This document shows positions 52,257 to 64,000 of a DNA stretch of 64,000 bases, one piece after another (the stretch's first letter is position 1; each line of letters starts with the position of its first letter). The notes under the pieces are model-generated. The model saw only the letters and a program-made list of their open reading frames with translations. It did not search any database and was not told where the DNA came from. The position numbers and the translations under genes are program-made. Location: NCBI GenBank assembly GCA_963803145.1, contig CAWDLW010000018.1:64001-128000 (forward strand), read 5' to 3'. This DNA is from Methanotrichaceae archaeon. Lineage in GTDB: Archaea; Halobacteriota; Methanosarcinia; Methanotrichales; Methanotrichaceae.

Positions 52257-52684
52257 TACTCCCTATATGTTATTTACCCAGCTTGTATCTGCTGTTTACA
52301 AATATAAAGACGTGGTATTGTGAGGCCATTAGACTTGAAAATGATTAAAAATGAAGGGAGCAAAGGGGCAAAGCCGATGGGTGTAGAAGAGTTAGCCTAG
52401 GAGAAGAAATGAGTAGCCCCTCGCTTTTACCCCCTGATCGCCAATTGGTTTTTTAATATATATAGACGTGGTACGGGATCTCAAAGCTTGTATGGTAGAG
52501 GAGGATAGATTAACCTAACCTTAGAAGGGCATTACCCTTCTGCACGAGAAACGGTCGTGCCTGTGAGTTATTGAAAATCGCTAACGAATTTGAGATAAGA
52601 AGAGTCTATCAGCTTTTATCAGTTCAGCATATAGTCTTTAAGGATATAAGGAGTTGCGCAGTCCATAACGGACTGTGGACTGGT

Positions 52685-52936
52685 TCACTTTGCAGCAGCT
52701 TCTTTGATATCTTCTTTCATCTGCATGTACTGCTCTTTGGTCAGCTCGCCTCTCGCATATCTCTCAGCCAGAATATCCTCTGCGCTTTTGTTAACGGGCT
52801 TGTTAGGTACGAGGATTTTCTCGTTTTTAATGAGCCTATAGATGAGATAAGCTATTACAAGTATGGCGATCAGCCCAATTATATGCATCCCAAAACCCAT
52901 AAAGGGATGCCAGATCATCATATGGTAGTATGGCAA
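52685..52936 (-). CDS. SHOCT-domain membrane protein
   Basis: TM segment followed by AEDILAERYARGELTKEQY. Confidence 0.88.
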   Translation of the reverse strand: MPYYHMMIWHPFMGFGMHIIGLIAILVIAYLIYRLIKNEKILVPNKPVNKSAEDILAERYARGELTKEQYMQMKEDIKEAAAK

Positions 52937-53624
52937 CTTTGCACACCTCTTAGACTGAAGATGGGTAACTGTTCATCGACTTTCGACGATATAGTATTAG
53001 ACGTTCGACGATATAAAGATATGGTTTGCTGGCGAGAATTACGGCTAAAGTTAAGGCTAGAAGTGCATACCAGAGATCATATCTGATCCCGAAATCCTAT
53101 GTTCGTCCTTGAGCACATTTCAAGTTGCCAGGCCCCGTAAAGAATGGTTTCACGACTCGCGTTCTGCAGCCTTATGCTCATCTGGGAGTATGCTGCAAGC
53201 GGAGGTGCAGGCAAAGAGCAAACGCTGACTTCGAAATAGGATATCATGTTTATCGAAACAGTTTTAATGGATCGTGACCTTTTTAAAACACATGGCTATC
53301 GAGAAAGATATAAGAAATCTGTTCCTGCTAGTTCTTGCTATTATAATTGTAATCCTTATTTGGAAAGCTATTTGGTTCTTAGCTGGAATACTTGTGTTCG
53401 CAGTTATAGTCTACATTGTTTACCAACTACTCAAAGGAGCACTCTAGAAAGTCCATATCAGGGCTAGGAGGAAGTATGATCAAGATTTCCTCCTCATCAT
53501 ATCTTAAGCCATGAATTTTAAAGGAAAAGCAAAGTTTTAACGATACCGGGATCCGTATTCAAACCCAATTATCTATTACGTTATCTTTATATAATACTTG
53601 CCCTTAAAATCTACTACAGAGAAG

Positions 53625-54407
53625 ATGGATGATTACCTTGCCGGTCTGACATTTGTGGCTACTCTGGTTGCCGCCTCCACCATCATCCAGCTCAAAAACA
53701 GCCGCTACAGGCAACTTCAGATGGAGCATCAAAGGATTCTGATGAGATTGCAGGCAGCCCAGAATCGGCTCAAAGAAAGAGAAAATGATCTTGACAAGCT
53801 CCAAAGGAGCACTGCGAAACTCCTCAAGTGGAGAGACCGTGCTTATGGTCTTGAGGAAGAGCTGAAGGCAACAAAGAGCACTCAAGAGTATGCATCCGCA
53901 AAAAGGCTTGAATACCTCGAGGGTTTTATTGGATCTATTCCCCAAGAAAAGCCGGATGCCCTTTTCCTTATGACCTTCATGCCCAAAGGCAGACGCACAT
54001 TCGAGGACAAACTTGATCAGATGCTCGAATCAGCAAAGTTCGAGATAATAATAGTATCCCCCTGGATCAAGAGACAGATGTGGGACAGGATCAGGGGGTC
54101 AATTGAGAGGTTTGTCCGCAAGGGAGGGTCTTTAAGGGTATTTATGAGGGGGGCCAAATCAGATTTCACCTTTGGTCTGAGCGATGACATCGGTGAGGAG
54201 ATAGAACGCCTCGGTGGGGTGATCATCTTTATCAGTCAGCTCCATGCGAAGCTATATTTGGTCGATAGAAAAGAGGCGATAGTTGCATCCGCTAACCTCA
54301 CTAAGGGCGGAATAGAAAGCAACTATGAAGCTGGCGTCTGGTTAAATGATCCAAAAATTGTAGAAGATATATGCGAGTTTACAGATGATCTGTACAACTT
54401 GAGATAA
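53625..54407 (+). CDS. Phospholipase D (HKD) family protein with N-terminal TM and coiled coil
   Basis: IVSPWI and LHAKLYLVD...SANLT.GG...NYEAG motifs. Confidence 0.85.
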   Translation: MDDYLAGLTFVATLVAASTIIQLKNSRYRQLQMEHQRILMRLQAAQNRLKERENDLDKLQRSTAKLLKWRDRAYGLEEELKATKSTQEYASAKRLEYLEGFIGSIPQEKPDALFLMTFMPKGRRTFEDKLDQMLESAKFEIIIVSPWIKRQMWDRIRGSIERFVRKGGSLRVFMRGAKSDFTFGLSDDIGEEIERLGGVIIFISQLHAKLYLVDRKEAIVASANLTKGGIESNYEAGVWLNDPKIVEDICEFTDDLYNLR

Positions 54408-55034
54408 TTGAGGGCCGAGGAGATCGTGCAGAAAGGTTCGCCAAATAAAGACGTACATCCTTCGATATGCAAAGACGCAGCTCCAGGGATTATATTTGAG
54501 GAAACTTACGAGCCTGCCGAAGATACAATGCTATTGCTCAAAGCTGCGCTAGATGAGGCCAAGCCGGAAGATAGGGCGATTGAGATCGGCTGTGGGCGTG
54601 GGCTCATATCGAGGGAGCTGTCCAAGAAAGTACGAAGCATTATTGCCACAGATATAAATCCTCATGCAGTTAGATTTGTAAGAAGCTATGGACTTGATGT
54701 CGTCAGGGCAGATATTTTTGGGGGCATTAAGGCTAAATTCGACCTAGTGATATTTAATCCACCCTACTTACCCACAAAAGAGGAAGAAAGGATCAGTGGA
54801 TGGATCAACTATGCCTTAGACGGCGGGGAGAACGGCAGAGAGACAATAAATAGATTCATAGAGGATCTAAAAGATCATCTCGACCCAAATGGCCGATGCT
54901 TGTTGCTGCTGTCAAGCCTAAGCGGTCAGGAAGAGGTGAAGGAAAAGGCACAAGTTGAGGGATTTAAAACCATTGAGGTCGCGAACGAAAGATGCTTTTT
55001 CGAACAACTTCATGTACTTAAATTAGAACGATAA
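54408..55034 (+). CDS. HemK2/MTQ2-family protein methyltransferase
   Basis: YEPAEDT.LL, EIGCG.G, FNPPYLP and ALDGG..GR motifs. Confidence 0.9.
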   Translation: MRAEEIVQKGSPNKDVHPSICKDAAPGIIFEETYEPAEDTMLLLKAALDEAKPEDRAIEIGCGRGLISRELSKKVRSIIATDINPHAVRFVRSYGLDVVRADIFGGIKAKFDLVIFNPPYLPTKEEERISGWINYALDGGENGRETINRFIEDLKDHLDPNGRCLLLLSSLSGQEEVKEKAQVEGFKTIEVANERCFFEQLHVLKLER

Positions 55035-55428
55035 ATAAGGATATGTCAGGTTAGCGAAATATATACAAAGAAGATAATAGATCGCTAGCTTGAGAGCGCA
55101 CTTAATCTAAATAATTATTTTTGACGTTGTGATAAGAAGAAATAACGATTAATCATCTGCAAAAACAAATATTAATGATATAATTTTAGAATAAACTCAC
55201 AGAGCAAGTGTATTTCTTTTGTGTAGAGGAACTGCTCCGAAACTTAACTGCAATTTTATAATTCAATGCGAATCGATAATCTCAGAATATGTATCTGAAT
55301 TGACCGATAGATTATAAGTCGAACCTATTGCTGAGTTCGAGCAAAATTGTTCTAAAACAATAAACTTATATGTAAGGAGCTACAAGCCGACTTTGGAGAC
55401 TGTAATACTATCTATAGGTTGATTTACT

Positions 55429-55830
55429 TTGATGCTTAGGGTAGTGAGTTCAAGAGGCGAGATAGAAGAATTGAACAGGAATGAGCAGATCATTCATCTA
55501 GCCTTTAGGGCATCCAATACAGATATCTTTAAATTACTTCAGAATTGTCCTAGGCTAAGGGTAATTCAGGTGCCAACATCTTACCGCAGGACTCTATCAA
55601 GGGCAAGCGAGATGTTCATTGTAATGCAAGGCATAGAGCTGATAGAAGGGGATGTTTGGGGCCATAGGAAAGATATCAGCGAGTATTACATAATCGACGA
55701 GCGTATCTTCGATAGAATAAGTCAGCTTCGTGCCAACGGGACAGATACAAACGATATTGTATTCACAATATCAAAGGAGATGAAGATATCTCCTGAGCTA
55801 GTACGATATGTAATCAGGCAGAATTCTTAG
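55429..55830 (+). CDS. DUF1699 family protein
   Basis: RVVSS..EI, HLAFR.SN.DI and EGDVWGHRKDI.EYY motifs. Confidence 0.88.
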   Translation: MMLRVVSSRGEIEELNRNEQIIHLAFRASNTDIFKLLQNCPRLRVIQVPTSYRRTLSRASEMFIVMQGIELIEGDVWGHRKDISEYYIIDERIFDRISQLRANGTDTNDIVFTISKEMKISPELVRYVIRQNS

Positions 55831-56737
55831 CATTCAGCATGGATATCAGCTTTTCCAAAATTTCAGGAACCCCAGCGCCTGTCAAAGTAGACATTTTTGG
55901 AACATCCTCATAGTTAGTCAGGTCAGATTTGTTGGCGACAACTAGAACAGGAAGATTTACCCATTCTTTCAAATCCTCCGCAACTCTAAGCTGAGATTCC
56001 AGCGGATAGCCGGAATGCTCACTCGGATCGATTATGAAGAGCACAACGCCCTGCAGGTGGCGCAAGACTGCTACGGCCTGGCGCTCTATCTCATTACGCT
56101 CAGATAAAGGTCTATCTAGAAGCCCGGGAGTATCTACAACTTGGTATTTCTGATTGTCCCGTATAAAGTGCCCAACGTAAACTCCTCTTGTCGTAAAAGG
56201 ATAGCTTGCTATCTCAGGTCTCGCACCTGTGACACTCACAATAAAGCTTGATTTGCCGACATTCGGATAGCCGGCGATCAGTATCGTGGGAAGTTCAGGA
56301 TCTATCATCGGCATCCTTCGAAGCTTATTTCGGGCAACATTTAGGAAGAGCAAATCTTTCTCAATCGACTTGATGACAGATGACATTCGCCCAAATGCTC
56401 CTCTTCTAATAGCAGGCCCTGTTCCCATCTTATCTCGCTTTATCCTGGCAATATGCTCCTTTGTGATATCCTTTATTTGCTTTGAGGCCCATCGCAACCT
56501 AGAGAGGCTGATGCGGATGGCATCAACGCCAACTATGATATCTACCATCTCCCGATAGAATGGCGGAAGGTTTTCAAATGATGGAAATTTCCTTATCAAA
56601 TTTGATAAATTATCGGATAGGATATTACCTGCAGTCTGTATCTTGGATTCATCCGTTTCTGAACGGATTGATGCACGCCTGAATGCCTTATCCAATAATT
56701 CCTGTGAGGTAGGTACTGTCGGGAGTCGTTCAAACAT
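55814..56737 (-). CDS. NOG1-family GTP-binding protein
   Basis: GYPNVGKSS, YPFTT, DTPGLLDR and NKSD motifs. Confidence 0.92.
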   Translation of the reverse strand: MFERLPTVPTSQELLDKAFRRASIRSETDESKIQTAGNILSDNLSNLIRKFPSFENLPPFYREMVDIIVGVDAIRISLSRLRWASKQIKDITKEHIARIKRDKMGTGPAIRRGAFGRMSSVIKSIEKDLLFLNVARNKLRRMPMIDPELPTILIAGYPNVGKSSFIVSVTGARPEIASYPFTTRGVYVGHFIRDNQKYQVVDTPGLLDRPLSERNEIERQAVAVLRHLQGVVLFIIDPSEHSGYPLESQLRVAEDLKEWVNLPVLVVANKSDLTNYEDVPKMSTLTGAGVPEILEKLISMLNAKNSA

Positions 56738-56860
56738 CCTCAATTACTAGCCGGCGGGAGCAGATAAACCTTTAGGAGGGGGGGCGGAAGTGGTAGTTTA
56801 ATAAAATGTTTTCGATAGGTTTAAATATAACCTATAGCACTATATAGATGAGGTGACCAT

Positions 56861-57136
56861 TTGAAAAGGTTGGGCACCGCGCTTCATGTAGTACAGAAGA
56901 GACTAATTGTGCGTGGCGAGCTGTTGGAAGGAAGCGAGGTTATTGCTCCCAGGGTTAATTCTTTGGTAGTCGATCAGAAGAAGACCAAGATCGGGAGAGT
57001 TTTTGATATATTCGGCCCTGTGAAACATCCGTACATTATCGTCAGACCAAACAAAGGAATTGACGCTGCAGCCCACGTCGGGAAAAAGCTCTATGTAGAG
57101 GAGACGTCGGGGAGAGATGGTAAGTGGAAGAGATAG
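56861..57136 (+). CDS. Gar1/Naf1 H/ACA RNP protein
   Basis: MKRLG and IG.V.DIFGPV..PY motifs. Lies directly upstream of tfb. Confidence 0.88.
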   Translation: MKRLGTALHVVQKRLIVRGELLEGSEVIAPRVNSLVVDQKKTKIGRVFDIFGPVKHPYIIVRPNKGIDAAAHVGKKLYVEETSGRDGKWKR

Positions 57137-58137
57137 AGAAGATTCGTGAGATTGAGAGGACTGAGCAAGAGAAGATCCGGGAAAAAACCCGGCTGAAGCG
57201 AGAGAAGGAGAAGGTAGACGAGTTCGAGAAGTTCACTGTGGAGTGTCCCGAGTGCAAGAGCCATACTCTTGTACGCGATTATGAAAGGGCGGAGCTTGTC
57301 TGCGCGGAATGCGGCCTGGTCATAGACGAGAACTTCATAGATCAAGGGCCTGAATGGAGAGCCTTCGATCATGATCAGCGTATGAAGAGATCGAGGGTTG
57401 GAGCGCCCATGACCTACACTATTCACGATAAGGGCCTCTCGACTATGATAGATTGGAGGAATAGAGACTCTTATGGAAAGACCATATCCTCCAAAAACAG
57501 AGCGCAGCTTTATAGACTCAGGAAGTGGCAGAGGCGCATCAGAGTCAGCAACGCCACTGAGAGAAACCTGGCGTTTGCTCTGTCTGAGCTGGATAGGATG
57601 GCTTCTGCCTTAGGTCTCTCGAGGAACGTCCGAGAAACTGCAGCTGTAGTTTATAGAAAGGCTGTTGATAAGAACCTGATCCGCGGAAGATCCATTGAGG
57701 GTGTGGCAGCAGCTGCGCTTTATGCAGCCTGCAGGCAGTGCAATGTTCCGCGAACTCTGGATGAGATAGCTGAGGTCTCAAGAGTCTCCAGAAAAGAGAT
57801 CGGACGGACTTATAGATTCGTATCCCGTGAACTCGCACTGAAGCTCATGCCTACAAGCCCCATAGACTATATTCCCAGGTTTTGCTCAGGTCTGAACCTC
57901 AAGGGAGAGGTGCAGGCGAAGGGAATTGAGATCCTGAGGCAGGCAGCAGAGAAGGAGCTAACCTCCGGCCGAGGCCCAACTGGAGTAGCAGCAGCAGCAA
58001 TTTACATTGCGTCCATCCTCTGCGGAGACCGCAGGACTCAGCGTGAAGTGGCCGATGTTGCAGGCGTGACAGAGGTCACAATAAGGAACAGATACAAAGA
58101 ACTGGCCGAAGAGCTGGATATAGAGATAATCCTTTAA
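57124..58137 (+). CDS. tfb: Transcription initiation factor IIB
   Basis: CPEC..C..CG Zn ribbon, ID.GPEWRAF, cyclin repeats and [13 protein letters not shown]. Confidence 0.97.
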   Translation: MEEIEKIREIERTEQEKIREKTRLKREKEKVDEFEKFTVECPECKSHTLVRDYERAELVCAECGLVIDENFIDQGPEWRAFDHDQRMKRSRVGAPMTYTIHDKGLSTMIDWRNRDSYGKTISSKNRAQLYRLRKWQRRIRVSNATERNLAFALSELDRMASALGLSRNVRETAAVVYRKAVDKNLIRGRSIEGVAAAALYAACRQCNVPRTLDEIAEVSRVSRKEIGRTYRFVSRELALKLMPTSPIDYIPRFCSGLNLKGEVQAKGIEILRQAAEKELTSGRGPTGVAAAAIYIASILCGDRRTQREVADVAGVTEVTIRNRYKELAEELDIEIIL

Positions 58138-58268
58138 ATCTCTATTTCTACTCTATTCTATTTTGTCTTTATTTTAATAGATGTAGAGACTAAAACCTAA
58201 ACCAAAAGCCAAGGACATAAGCCCTATGCTTTTGGCCGAATGTTTATTTATTCTTTTTATAAAGAGTT

Positions 58269-58985
58269 TCACCAGACGTAAATCCACAGCACGTTACTCC
58301 AACCTGATTGGCTTCCCCAGACTGCAATCTGGTGCCAGCCGGATGCATCTCCTACGAATAATCTGTTGATGTATCCAGGGTACAAGTAGCCCCAGTTGTG
58401 CCAATCTACATATCCATTGGGATAAAGCTCATAAGACCAGAGGTACTGGCCCTGATCATTGTTTACAACAATGTTCATCCTGCCGTTGTAATTTACGGCT
58501 GTTGCGTCCTTGGTCCATTGTCCGTTGTAGTAAGCCCACTGCTCTAGTCCGGTAAGAACAAGGTATGCCTTAACCTGGCCGCCTGTGGAGGCCTTCGAGC
58601 TTTGAGGCGCTCCGCCGAGCTGCGCCAATTGATTATTGGTCAAAGCCTGCCCCTGGGGAAGGCTTTCTGCTACCGTGCCTGTGGATGCTGATGGTGTATA
58701 CTGCGGCTGCTGACCTGCTGAAGGGCCAGAAGAAGGATGGTCGACAAAATTTTGCTGATTATTCCCCTGGTTGCCCTGTCCCTGTTGATTTCCTTGTCCA
58801 GAGGGATATTGCCCCTGCTGGCCAGGCGGACTTGGCGGATAGGGCTGATTTCCTGAGCCAGAATATCCAGGTGGATAAGGCGGATTCGAATAGCCGCCGT
58901 CAGGTGGTGGCTGTGCGATAACACAAACTGCTAACGATGTTATGATTACGACTATCATCGCAATCAAAAGCATTGACCTACTCAT
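58269..58985 (-). CDS. Secreted P/Q/G-rich hypothetical protein
   Basis: Signal peptide, low-complexity N-terminal half and WSN...IYVW C-terminus. Confidence 0.75.
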   Translation of the reverse strand: MSRSMLLIAMIVVIITSLAVCVIAQPPPDGGYSNPPYPPGYSGSGNQPYPPSPPGQQGQYPSGQGNQQGQGNQGNNQQNFVDHPSSGPSAGQQPQYTPSASTGTVAESLPQGQALTNNQLAQLGGAPQSSKASTGGQVKAYLVLTGLEQWAYYNGQWTKDATAVNYNGRMNIVVNNDQGQYLWSYELYPNGYVDWHNWGYLYPGYINRLFVGDASGWHQIAVWGSQSGWSNVLWIYVW

Positions 58986-59333
58986 TATATCTCAATCCTC
59001 CACCTACCCAGAAAAGACCGTATTGTAGCATTAAACAGACTAAAGTATTTCGTATACTTCTTGAAATAAATTGCCTTCTGGGTATGTATTAAGATATCCA
59101 TCTTCTGATAATATAAACTTATGCTATAGATTTACATAGACTTAAATTTTTAATATTCGTGCAAGCTAATATCAATAATCTCTTGATTCACATAGCAAAG
59201 GATGACGAAACTCGATAGGCTAATTAATGCTGGTTATAAGCTAGTATTCACTAAACAGGAATGTTACATATGGAAAAGGTTAAAAACTAAGAGATATAAA
59301 ATATATTATTCTATAATCGCTTTATACTCACAT

Positions 59334-59640
59334 CGCTTTATACTCACCGTAGGTTCAGGCGAGAATCTGAACGAGCATATTCTAGGAGACCGCTGGCCTC
59401 CTGCGCCAATAAGAACAGAGATGCTTGAAGAGGCTGTCGATATCATCAGGCAACTCTTACAGGGAGGCACACAGAGTATCATGGAATCTTTTATACAGTA
59501 GAGAACGCCCGCATCTATACGCTCCCTAAGGAGCCTCCAACCATTCTTATGGCTGCTACAGGAGAGATTACTGCAGAGGCCGCATGCAGAACAGGCGATG
59601 ACCTGGTTAACTCAGCAGCGGATAAAGAGGTATTTCAAAG
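59334..59640 (+). pseudogene. Internal fragment of an F420-dependent LLM-class oxidoreductase
   Basis: RF.L.VGSGENLNEHILG..WP....R.EMLEEA...IR.L, then a frameshift near 59476, then YHG.FYTVENARIYTLP..PP. Both ends are missing. Confidence 0.75.
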
Positions 59641-60351
59641 AGATGTTTTATCTCCTATCTTTCTGCAGAAATAAGCACATATAAAGCCATCTTGATACTC
59701 TGCTCTCTCCACATTGAACCCGGCCCGTTCTATCATTCCCTTCATGATCCAATCAAATGTTGAATATTCGTTCTTGATGTGAGCTGCGATGCGATCGGAG
59801 AACTCTGGACCCATGGTCTTAGATGCTTTCGATATATAATTCTCGAAGAAGCTTTCGTACTCCCGAATGTCAAAGGAGTAAATCATATCCCTCAGGCATA
59901 ACTTGCCGCCATCCTTAAGCATATCCGCCACGCGGATCAAAGCAACCTGCTTCCAGAAGTCAGGCAGGTGATGAAGAGCAATCTGGGTGACTACAGCATC
60001 CAAAGGACTGCCATGATGCTGGTATGTCAGGAAACCTCCCTGGATGAACTCTATGTTGTTTATACCCTGCGATTTTGCTTTTTTATCGGCATACATCAGC
60101 ATGCCTGACGATAGGTCCACAGCATAAACTTTGGCGCAATGGCGGGCCGCAGCCAATGCGAACTCTCCTGTGCCTGTGCCTATCTCCAGAACCATCTGGT
60201 CGGGCTGCAGATCGAGGAAGTCTAGAATCTCGCCGATTTCTCCCTGAATATCTCGGAATTTCTGCATATTCCTGTCGTAGGTTTCAGCCAATGCATCAAA
60301 GTCGGCTCCGGGATGACTTGGCTCATTGTATTGCCAACTTGGAATTTTCAC
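59635..60351 (-). CDS. Class I SAM-dependent methyltransferase
   Basis: VLEIGTGTG, AVDLS and ALHHLPDFWK motifs. GTG start at 60351, after the truA stop. Confidence 0.9.
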   Translation of the reverse strand: MKIPSWQYNEPSHPGADFDALAETYDRNMQKFRDIQGEIGEILDFLDLQPDQMVLEIGTGTGEFALAAARHCAKVYAVDLSSGMLMYADKKAKSQGINNIEFIQGGFLTYQHHGSPLDAVVTQIALHHLPDFWKQVALIRVADMLKDGGKLCLRDMIYSFDIREYESFFENYISKASKTMGPEFSDRIAAHIKNEYSTFDWIMKGMIERAGFNVERAEYQDGFICAYFCRKIGDKTSL

Positions 60352-60353
60352 TT

Positions 60354-61151
60354 TTATTTCTCCATCGCCCTCTGCATCGCCCTTGCCACCTGTGCCGATG
60401 CCATTCGCCTTTGCACCGTCGCCGTCAGCATCTTCGCCGCCCTTTTCATCGAGTATTCGTCCACATGCCACTCAATTCCCTCATAGCCCACATCCATGAG
60501 GATCAGTCCTTCCGCCGGAGCCATAGGTGCGCCGCAGTTCAGACCAGAGTTTAGAAGATCGTAAATCCATTCGGGCTTTTTCTCTCCAGCGCCGATCATC
60601 TCCAAAGTGCAGACGATCTTTCGAACCATGTTCCAGAGAAAACCATCAGCTCGAACATCGAACACGAAAAGGCCGTCCTGCTCGGCGACATCCAATCGTA
60701 GAATTCTTCGAACTGTGTCTTCCTTGCATGATGAGAAATTCCTGAAATCGTGCTCTCCAAGAAGCTGCTTTGCGGCTGAACGCATCAGCTCAAGATCTAA
60801 GCCGGGATACCATAAAATATAGCGGTACTCCCGCCAGACTGCGCTCCGCCTTGAATCAAAGCTTTTGGGCACAGTAGCGGAGGCCCATGCCCAGATGTCA
60901 CGCGGCATGCGGCCATTGATGCATCTTGGCCTGGCAAGATTTGCTTTATCCTCATCTATTTTGAAGTCGATGACTTGCCCTAGTGCAGAGACTCCTCTGT
61001 CAGTCCTGCCGGCGTAGTCAAAATAGCCATCTGCAACCCCGATATTTGCCAGCGCCTTTCTGACCTCCGAATCTATTGTCACAAGGTTGGGCTGTCGCTG
61101 GAAGCCGTAATAGTTGTCTCCTAAATAAGCCAGCTTCAATGCGACTTTCAT
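60354..61151 (-). CDS. truA: tRNA pseudouridine(38-40) synthase
   Basis: Y.G..Y.GFQRQ, AGRTDRGVSA, GEHDF.NF and FLWNMVR motifs. Confidence 0.95.
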   Translation of the reverse strand: MKVALKLAYLGDNYYGFQRQPNLVTIDSEVRKALANIGVADGYFDYAGRTDRGVSALGQVIDFKIDEDKANLARPRCINGRMPRDIWAWASATVPKSFDSRRSAVWREYRYILWYPGLDLELMRSAAKQLLGEHDFRNFSSCKEDTVRRILRLDVAEQDGLFVFDVRADGFLWNMVRKIVCTLEMIGAGEKKPEWIYDLLNSGLNCGAPMAPAEGLILMDVGYEGIEWHVDEYSMKRAAKMLTATVQRRMASAQVARAMQRAMEK

Positions 61152-61175
61152 CTTGACCTTGCCAAAAATCCTCGT

Positions 61176-61266
61176 TCTTTGTGTCCTTTGTGCTCTTTGT
61201 GGTTGATTCTTGTTCGTTTGGCAGCAACAAAACTAAATTCACCACGAAGGCACGAAGATACAAAGA
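61176..61266. repeat. Imperfect inverted repeat built from CTTYGTG / CACRAAG units
   Basis: tctttgtgtcctttgtgctctttgtggttga ... tcaccacgaaggcacgaagatacaaaga. Confidence 0.6.
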
Positions 61267-61286
61267 CGCCAGATGATAGAGAGCAT

Positions 61287-62579
61287 TTAGATCTCTCTAG
61301 GATCTGTAATATATCCAGTGATTGCGCTTGCTCCAGCTGTTGCAGGCGAAGCCAGGTAGACGAAGCCCTTCGGGCTGCCCTGTCTGCCCAGGAAGTTGCG
61401 GTTTGATGTAGAAAGGCTGACCTCTCCGGGACCGATCAGTCCAAAGCTTCCGCCCATGCACGGACCGCAGCATGGCGACTCGACCATTGCCCCGGCCTCC
61501 ATGAACTTTTCCACAAGCCCTGCCTTGAGAACCTTCATATACTCCTCACGGCTTGCGGGCACCACTATCATCCTCACGCCTTTTGCCAGCGGCTCTCCAT
61601 GCATCAGATCACATGCGAGCTTGATATCCTCGAACCTTCCATTGGTACAGGAGCCGAGGAAGACCTGGTCGATCTTTGTCTCAGGGACCTCGCTGATAGG
61701 GAGCACATTATCTACTTTGTGAGGAAGCGCAATCTGCGGCTCAAGATTGCTTACATCCCAATGTTTCTTTAAGGCATCTGCATCCTCATCGCCATAGACT
61801 AAGTTCTGCCGTATGGCTGCTTCATCCTTGACACGGTCCCTGAGATAGCTGATAGTAGTATCATCAGGCTCGATGATGCCAGCTTTTCCCCCCATCTCTA
61901 TAGCCATATTGCTCATGGTCATTCTCTCAGGAACACTCATCCTTGATACGGCCCCGCCCCTGAACTCACAGGCCATGTAATTTGCCCCGTCTGCTCCGAC
62001 ATCTCCAATTATCCTGAGAATTACATCCTTCGATGTCACATTTCTGGGGAGCATGCCCTCGATCATGAGCTGCAATGTTTTGGGCACCATGAACCAGAGC
62101 TTGCCGATGGCAAAGACTGCGGACATATCAGTCGAGCCTATGCCTGTTGCAAAAGCACCCAAAGCTCCATAGGTGCAGGTATGAGAATCCGTTCCAACGA
62201 TAATGTCGCCCGGAAGAACGTGCCCTCTCTCAGGCATCACCTGGTGGCATACACCACAGAATATATCATAATTCAATATCCCCTGCTCGTTCGCGAACTT
62301 GCGCAGCATGATGTGGTTCTCAGCCGCCTTCAAGCTATCAGCAGGAACCTGATGATCGAATAATACTACTATTTTAGTTGGGTCCCAAACTTTGGCATCC
62401 CCGCCTGCAATCTCGTAAAATCCCTTTACCGCCAGTGGGCCGGTGATGTCGTGGATCATCGCACGATCTATCTCAGCCATCACAAACTCGCCTGCTCGTG
62501 CAGTCTTGTTTGCCGCTCTGGAAAATATCTTCTCAGACAGGGTTTGGCCAGTCATGGAGTTGGGCATCTCAGCCATCAT
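61287..62579 (-). CDS. 3-isopropylmalate dehydratase/homoaconitase family large subunit
   Basis: [28 protein letters not shown] and STSNRNF.GR.G motifs. leuC versus hacA cannot be resolved by eye. Confidence 0.93.
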   Translation of the reverse strand: MMAEMPNSMTGQTLSEKIFSRAANKTARAGEFVMAEIDRAMIHDITGPLAVKGFYEIAGGDAKVWDPTKIVVLFDHQVPADSLKAAENHIMLRKFANEQGILNYDIFCGVCHQVMPERGHVLPGDIIVGTDSHTCTYGALGAFATGIGSTDMSAVFAIGKLWFMVPKTLQLMIEGMLPRNVTSKDVILRIIGDVGADGANYMACEFRGGAVSRMSVPERMTMSNMAIEMGGKAGIIEPDDTTISYLRDRVKDEAAIRQNLVYGDEDADALKKHWDVSNLEPQIALPHKVDNVLPISEVPETKIDQVFLGSCTNGRFEDIKLACDLMHGEPLAKGVRMIVVPASREEYMKVLKAGLVEKFMEAGAMVESPCCGPCMGGSFGLIGPGEVSLSTSNRNFLGRQGSPKGFVYLASPATAGASAITGYITDPREI

Positions 62580-62700
62580 AAATAAATCTTCACATTCCTT
62601 AGTTAGAGCTGCTCTTCGGCAATCGAAAAGGGTTTAAATAAGATCGTTATAATCAACGATGTACATAAGATGGCATTATAGCAGAAAGTTGGAGATTTTT

Positions 62701-64000
62701 ATGAAGGTCAAGTTCTTGCTGGATGAAGAAGAGATACCGAAGAGATGGTATAACGTAGCTGCAGATCTGCTGACACCCCTTGATCCGCCTTTGAATCCCC
62801 AGACGGGAGAGATATTGAAGCCGGAGGATGCTGAGGTCATCTTTCCAAAGGAACTCATTAGGCAGGAGATGTCTACCGATAGGTGGATAGATATCCCTGA
62901 TGAGGTGCGCGAGATCTACAAGCTATGGAGGCCGACCCCTCTCTACCGTGCAGCGCGACTTGAGAAGGCACTCAAAACACCGGCGAAGATCTACTACAAG
63001 TACGAGGGTGTCTCGCCTGCGGGCAGCCATAAGCCGAACACATCTGTTCCCCAGGCCTACTATAACATGAAGGAGGGCATAGAACGCCTTGCAACTGAAA
63101 CAGGTGCAGGACAATGGGGCTCTGCGCTGAGCATGGCCACATGCCTTTTCGGCATGAAGTGTACAGTCTATATGGTACGTTCGAGCTATGATAGCAAGCC
63201 CTATAGAAGGAGCGCCATGCGCGTATGGGGTGCCGAATGTCTACCGAGCCCGTCCGATAGGACCAACTACGGAAGGAAAGTACTTGCAGAGATGCCGGAC
63301 ACTCCAGGATCCTTGGGAATCGCTATCTCCGAGGCAGTCGAGGATGCCGCTACACATGATGATACCAACTATGCCCTCGGATCTGTCCTAAACCATGTGC
63401 TTATCCATCAAACTGTTGAAGGTCAGGAGCTGAAGAAGCAGTTCGAGATGGCAGATGATTATCCTGATGTGATGTTTGGCTGCTGCGGAGGAGGAAGCAA
63501 CTTCCCGGGCATGTGCCTGCCCTTCATACCGGACAAGCTAAAGGATAAAAAGGACCTGCGCATGGTGGCCTGTGAGCCGACCGCTTGTCCAACATTGACA
63601 AAAGGCATCTATGCCTACGACTTCGGCGATACTGCAGGAATGGCCCCGATATTAAAGATGTACACACTCGGTCACGACTTCGTCCCGCCGGGGATTCACG
63701 CAGGGGGCTTACGCTATCATGGAGATGCTCCGGTGCTCTGTAATCTTGTCCATGACCGCCTGATCGAGGCAACCGCTTTACAACAAAATGAGGTCTTCCA
63801 GGCTGCGACCATATTTGCACGCAGCGAAGCCATCATCCCGGCGCCTGAATCAGCACATGCCATCAAGCCCGCGATAGATGAGGCTCTCAAGTGCAGGCAG
63901 ACGGGAGAGGCCAAGACCATCTTCATATCGCTCTCAGGCCACGGCCACTTCGATATGTCAGCCTACGATGCGTTCAATGATGGGCTGCTGGTGGACTACG
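62701..64000 (+). CDS. trpB2: TrpB2 (TrpB-like PLP enzyme), truncated by the window end and absent from the ORF track
   Basis: Translation [18 protein letters not shown]..., [34 protein letters not shown] and HAGGLRYHG. Confidence 0.93.
   Translation, partial: MKVKFLLDEEEIPKRWYNVAADLLTPLDPPLNPQTGEILKPEDAEVIFPKELIRQEMSTDRWIDIPDEVREIYKLWRPTPLYRAARLEKALKTPAKIYYKYEGVSPAGSHKPNTSVPQAYYNMKEGIERLATETGAGQWGSALSMATCLFGMKCTVYMVRSSYDSKPYRRSAMRVWGAECLPSPSDRTNYGRKVLAEMPDTPGSLGIAISEAVEDAATHDDTNYALGSVLNHVLIHQTVEGQELKKQFEMADDYPDVMFGCCGGGSNFPGMCLPFIPDKLKDKKDLRMVACEPTACPTLTKGIYAYDFGDTAGMAPILKMYTLGHDFVPPGIHAGGLRYHGDAPVLCNLVHDRLIEATALQQNEVFQAATIFARSEAIIPAPESAHAIKPAIDEALKCRQTGEAKTIFISLSGHGHFDMSAYDAFNDGLLVDY

Noticed and set aside
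52571-53467. Track ORFs 52571-53086 and 53246-53467
   Set aside because: The first is antisense to the SHOCT gene. The second is low-information with no motif or RBS.

Overview
Archaeal chromosomal segment. The gene set (SepRS, aRF1, PAN, thermosome, TFB, S-layer DUF1608 domain, bacterial-type hybrid kinase, DUF1699/DUF5611) points to a Methanosarcinales/Methanotrichales methanogen, most like Methanothrix; this is inference, not a database assignment. Most of the window is housekeeping genes. Two accessory loci stand out. (1) 46116-51352: a bacterial-type Pls/PosA-family membrane-bound NRPS (A-T-TM/C-terminal repeats) coupled to an Sfp-type PPTase and followed by a GNAT, a candidate archaeal poly(amino acid) biosynthesis operon. 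(2) About 17.5-24.4 kb: an AT-rich island encoding a vWA protein, a double-J-domain membrane beta-propeller protein, a TPR protein and four tiny RING/Zn-finger genes that the ORF track misses (one intact canonical C3HC4 RING, three disrupted), lying beside mat and pan. Also present: an IS701-like IS with 8-bp TSD, a 173-bp MITE sharing its ends, an IS630 element with a frameshift, a MazF toxin islet, pseudogene fragments, a candidate small RNA and several micro-duplications at gene boundaries. No tRNA, rRNA or CRISPR array was seen. Coordinates and translations outside the ORF track were read by hand.
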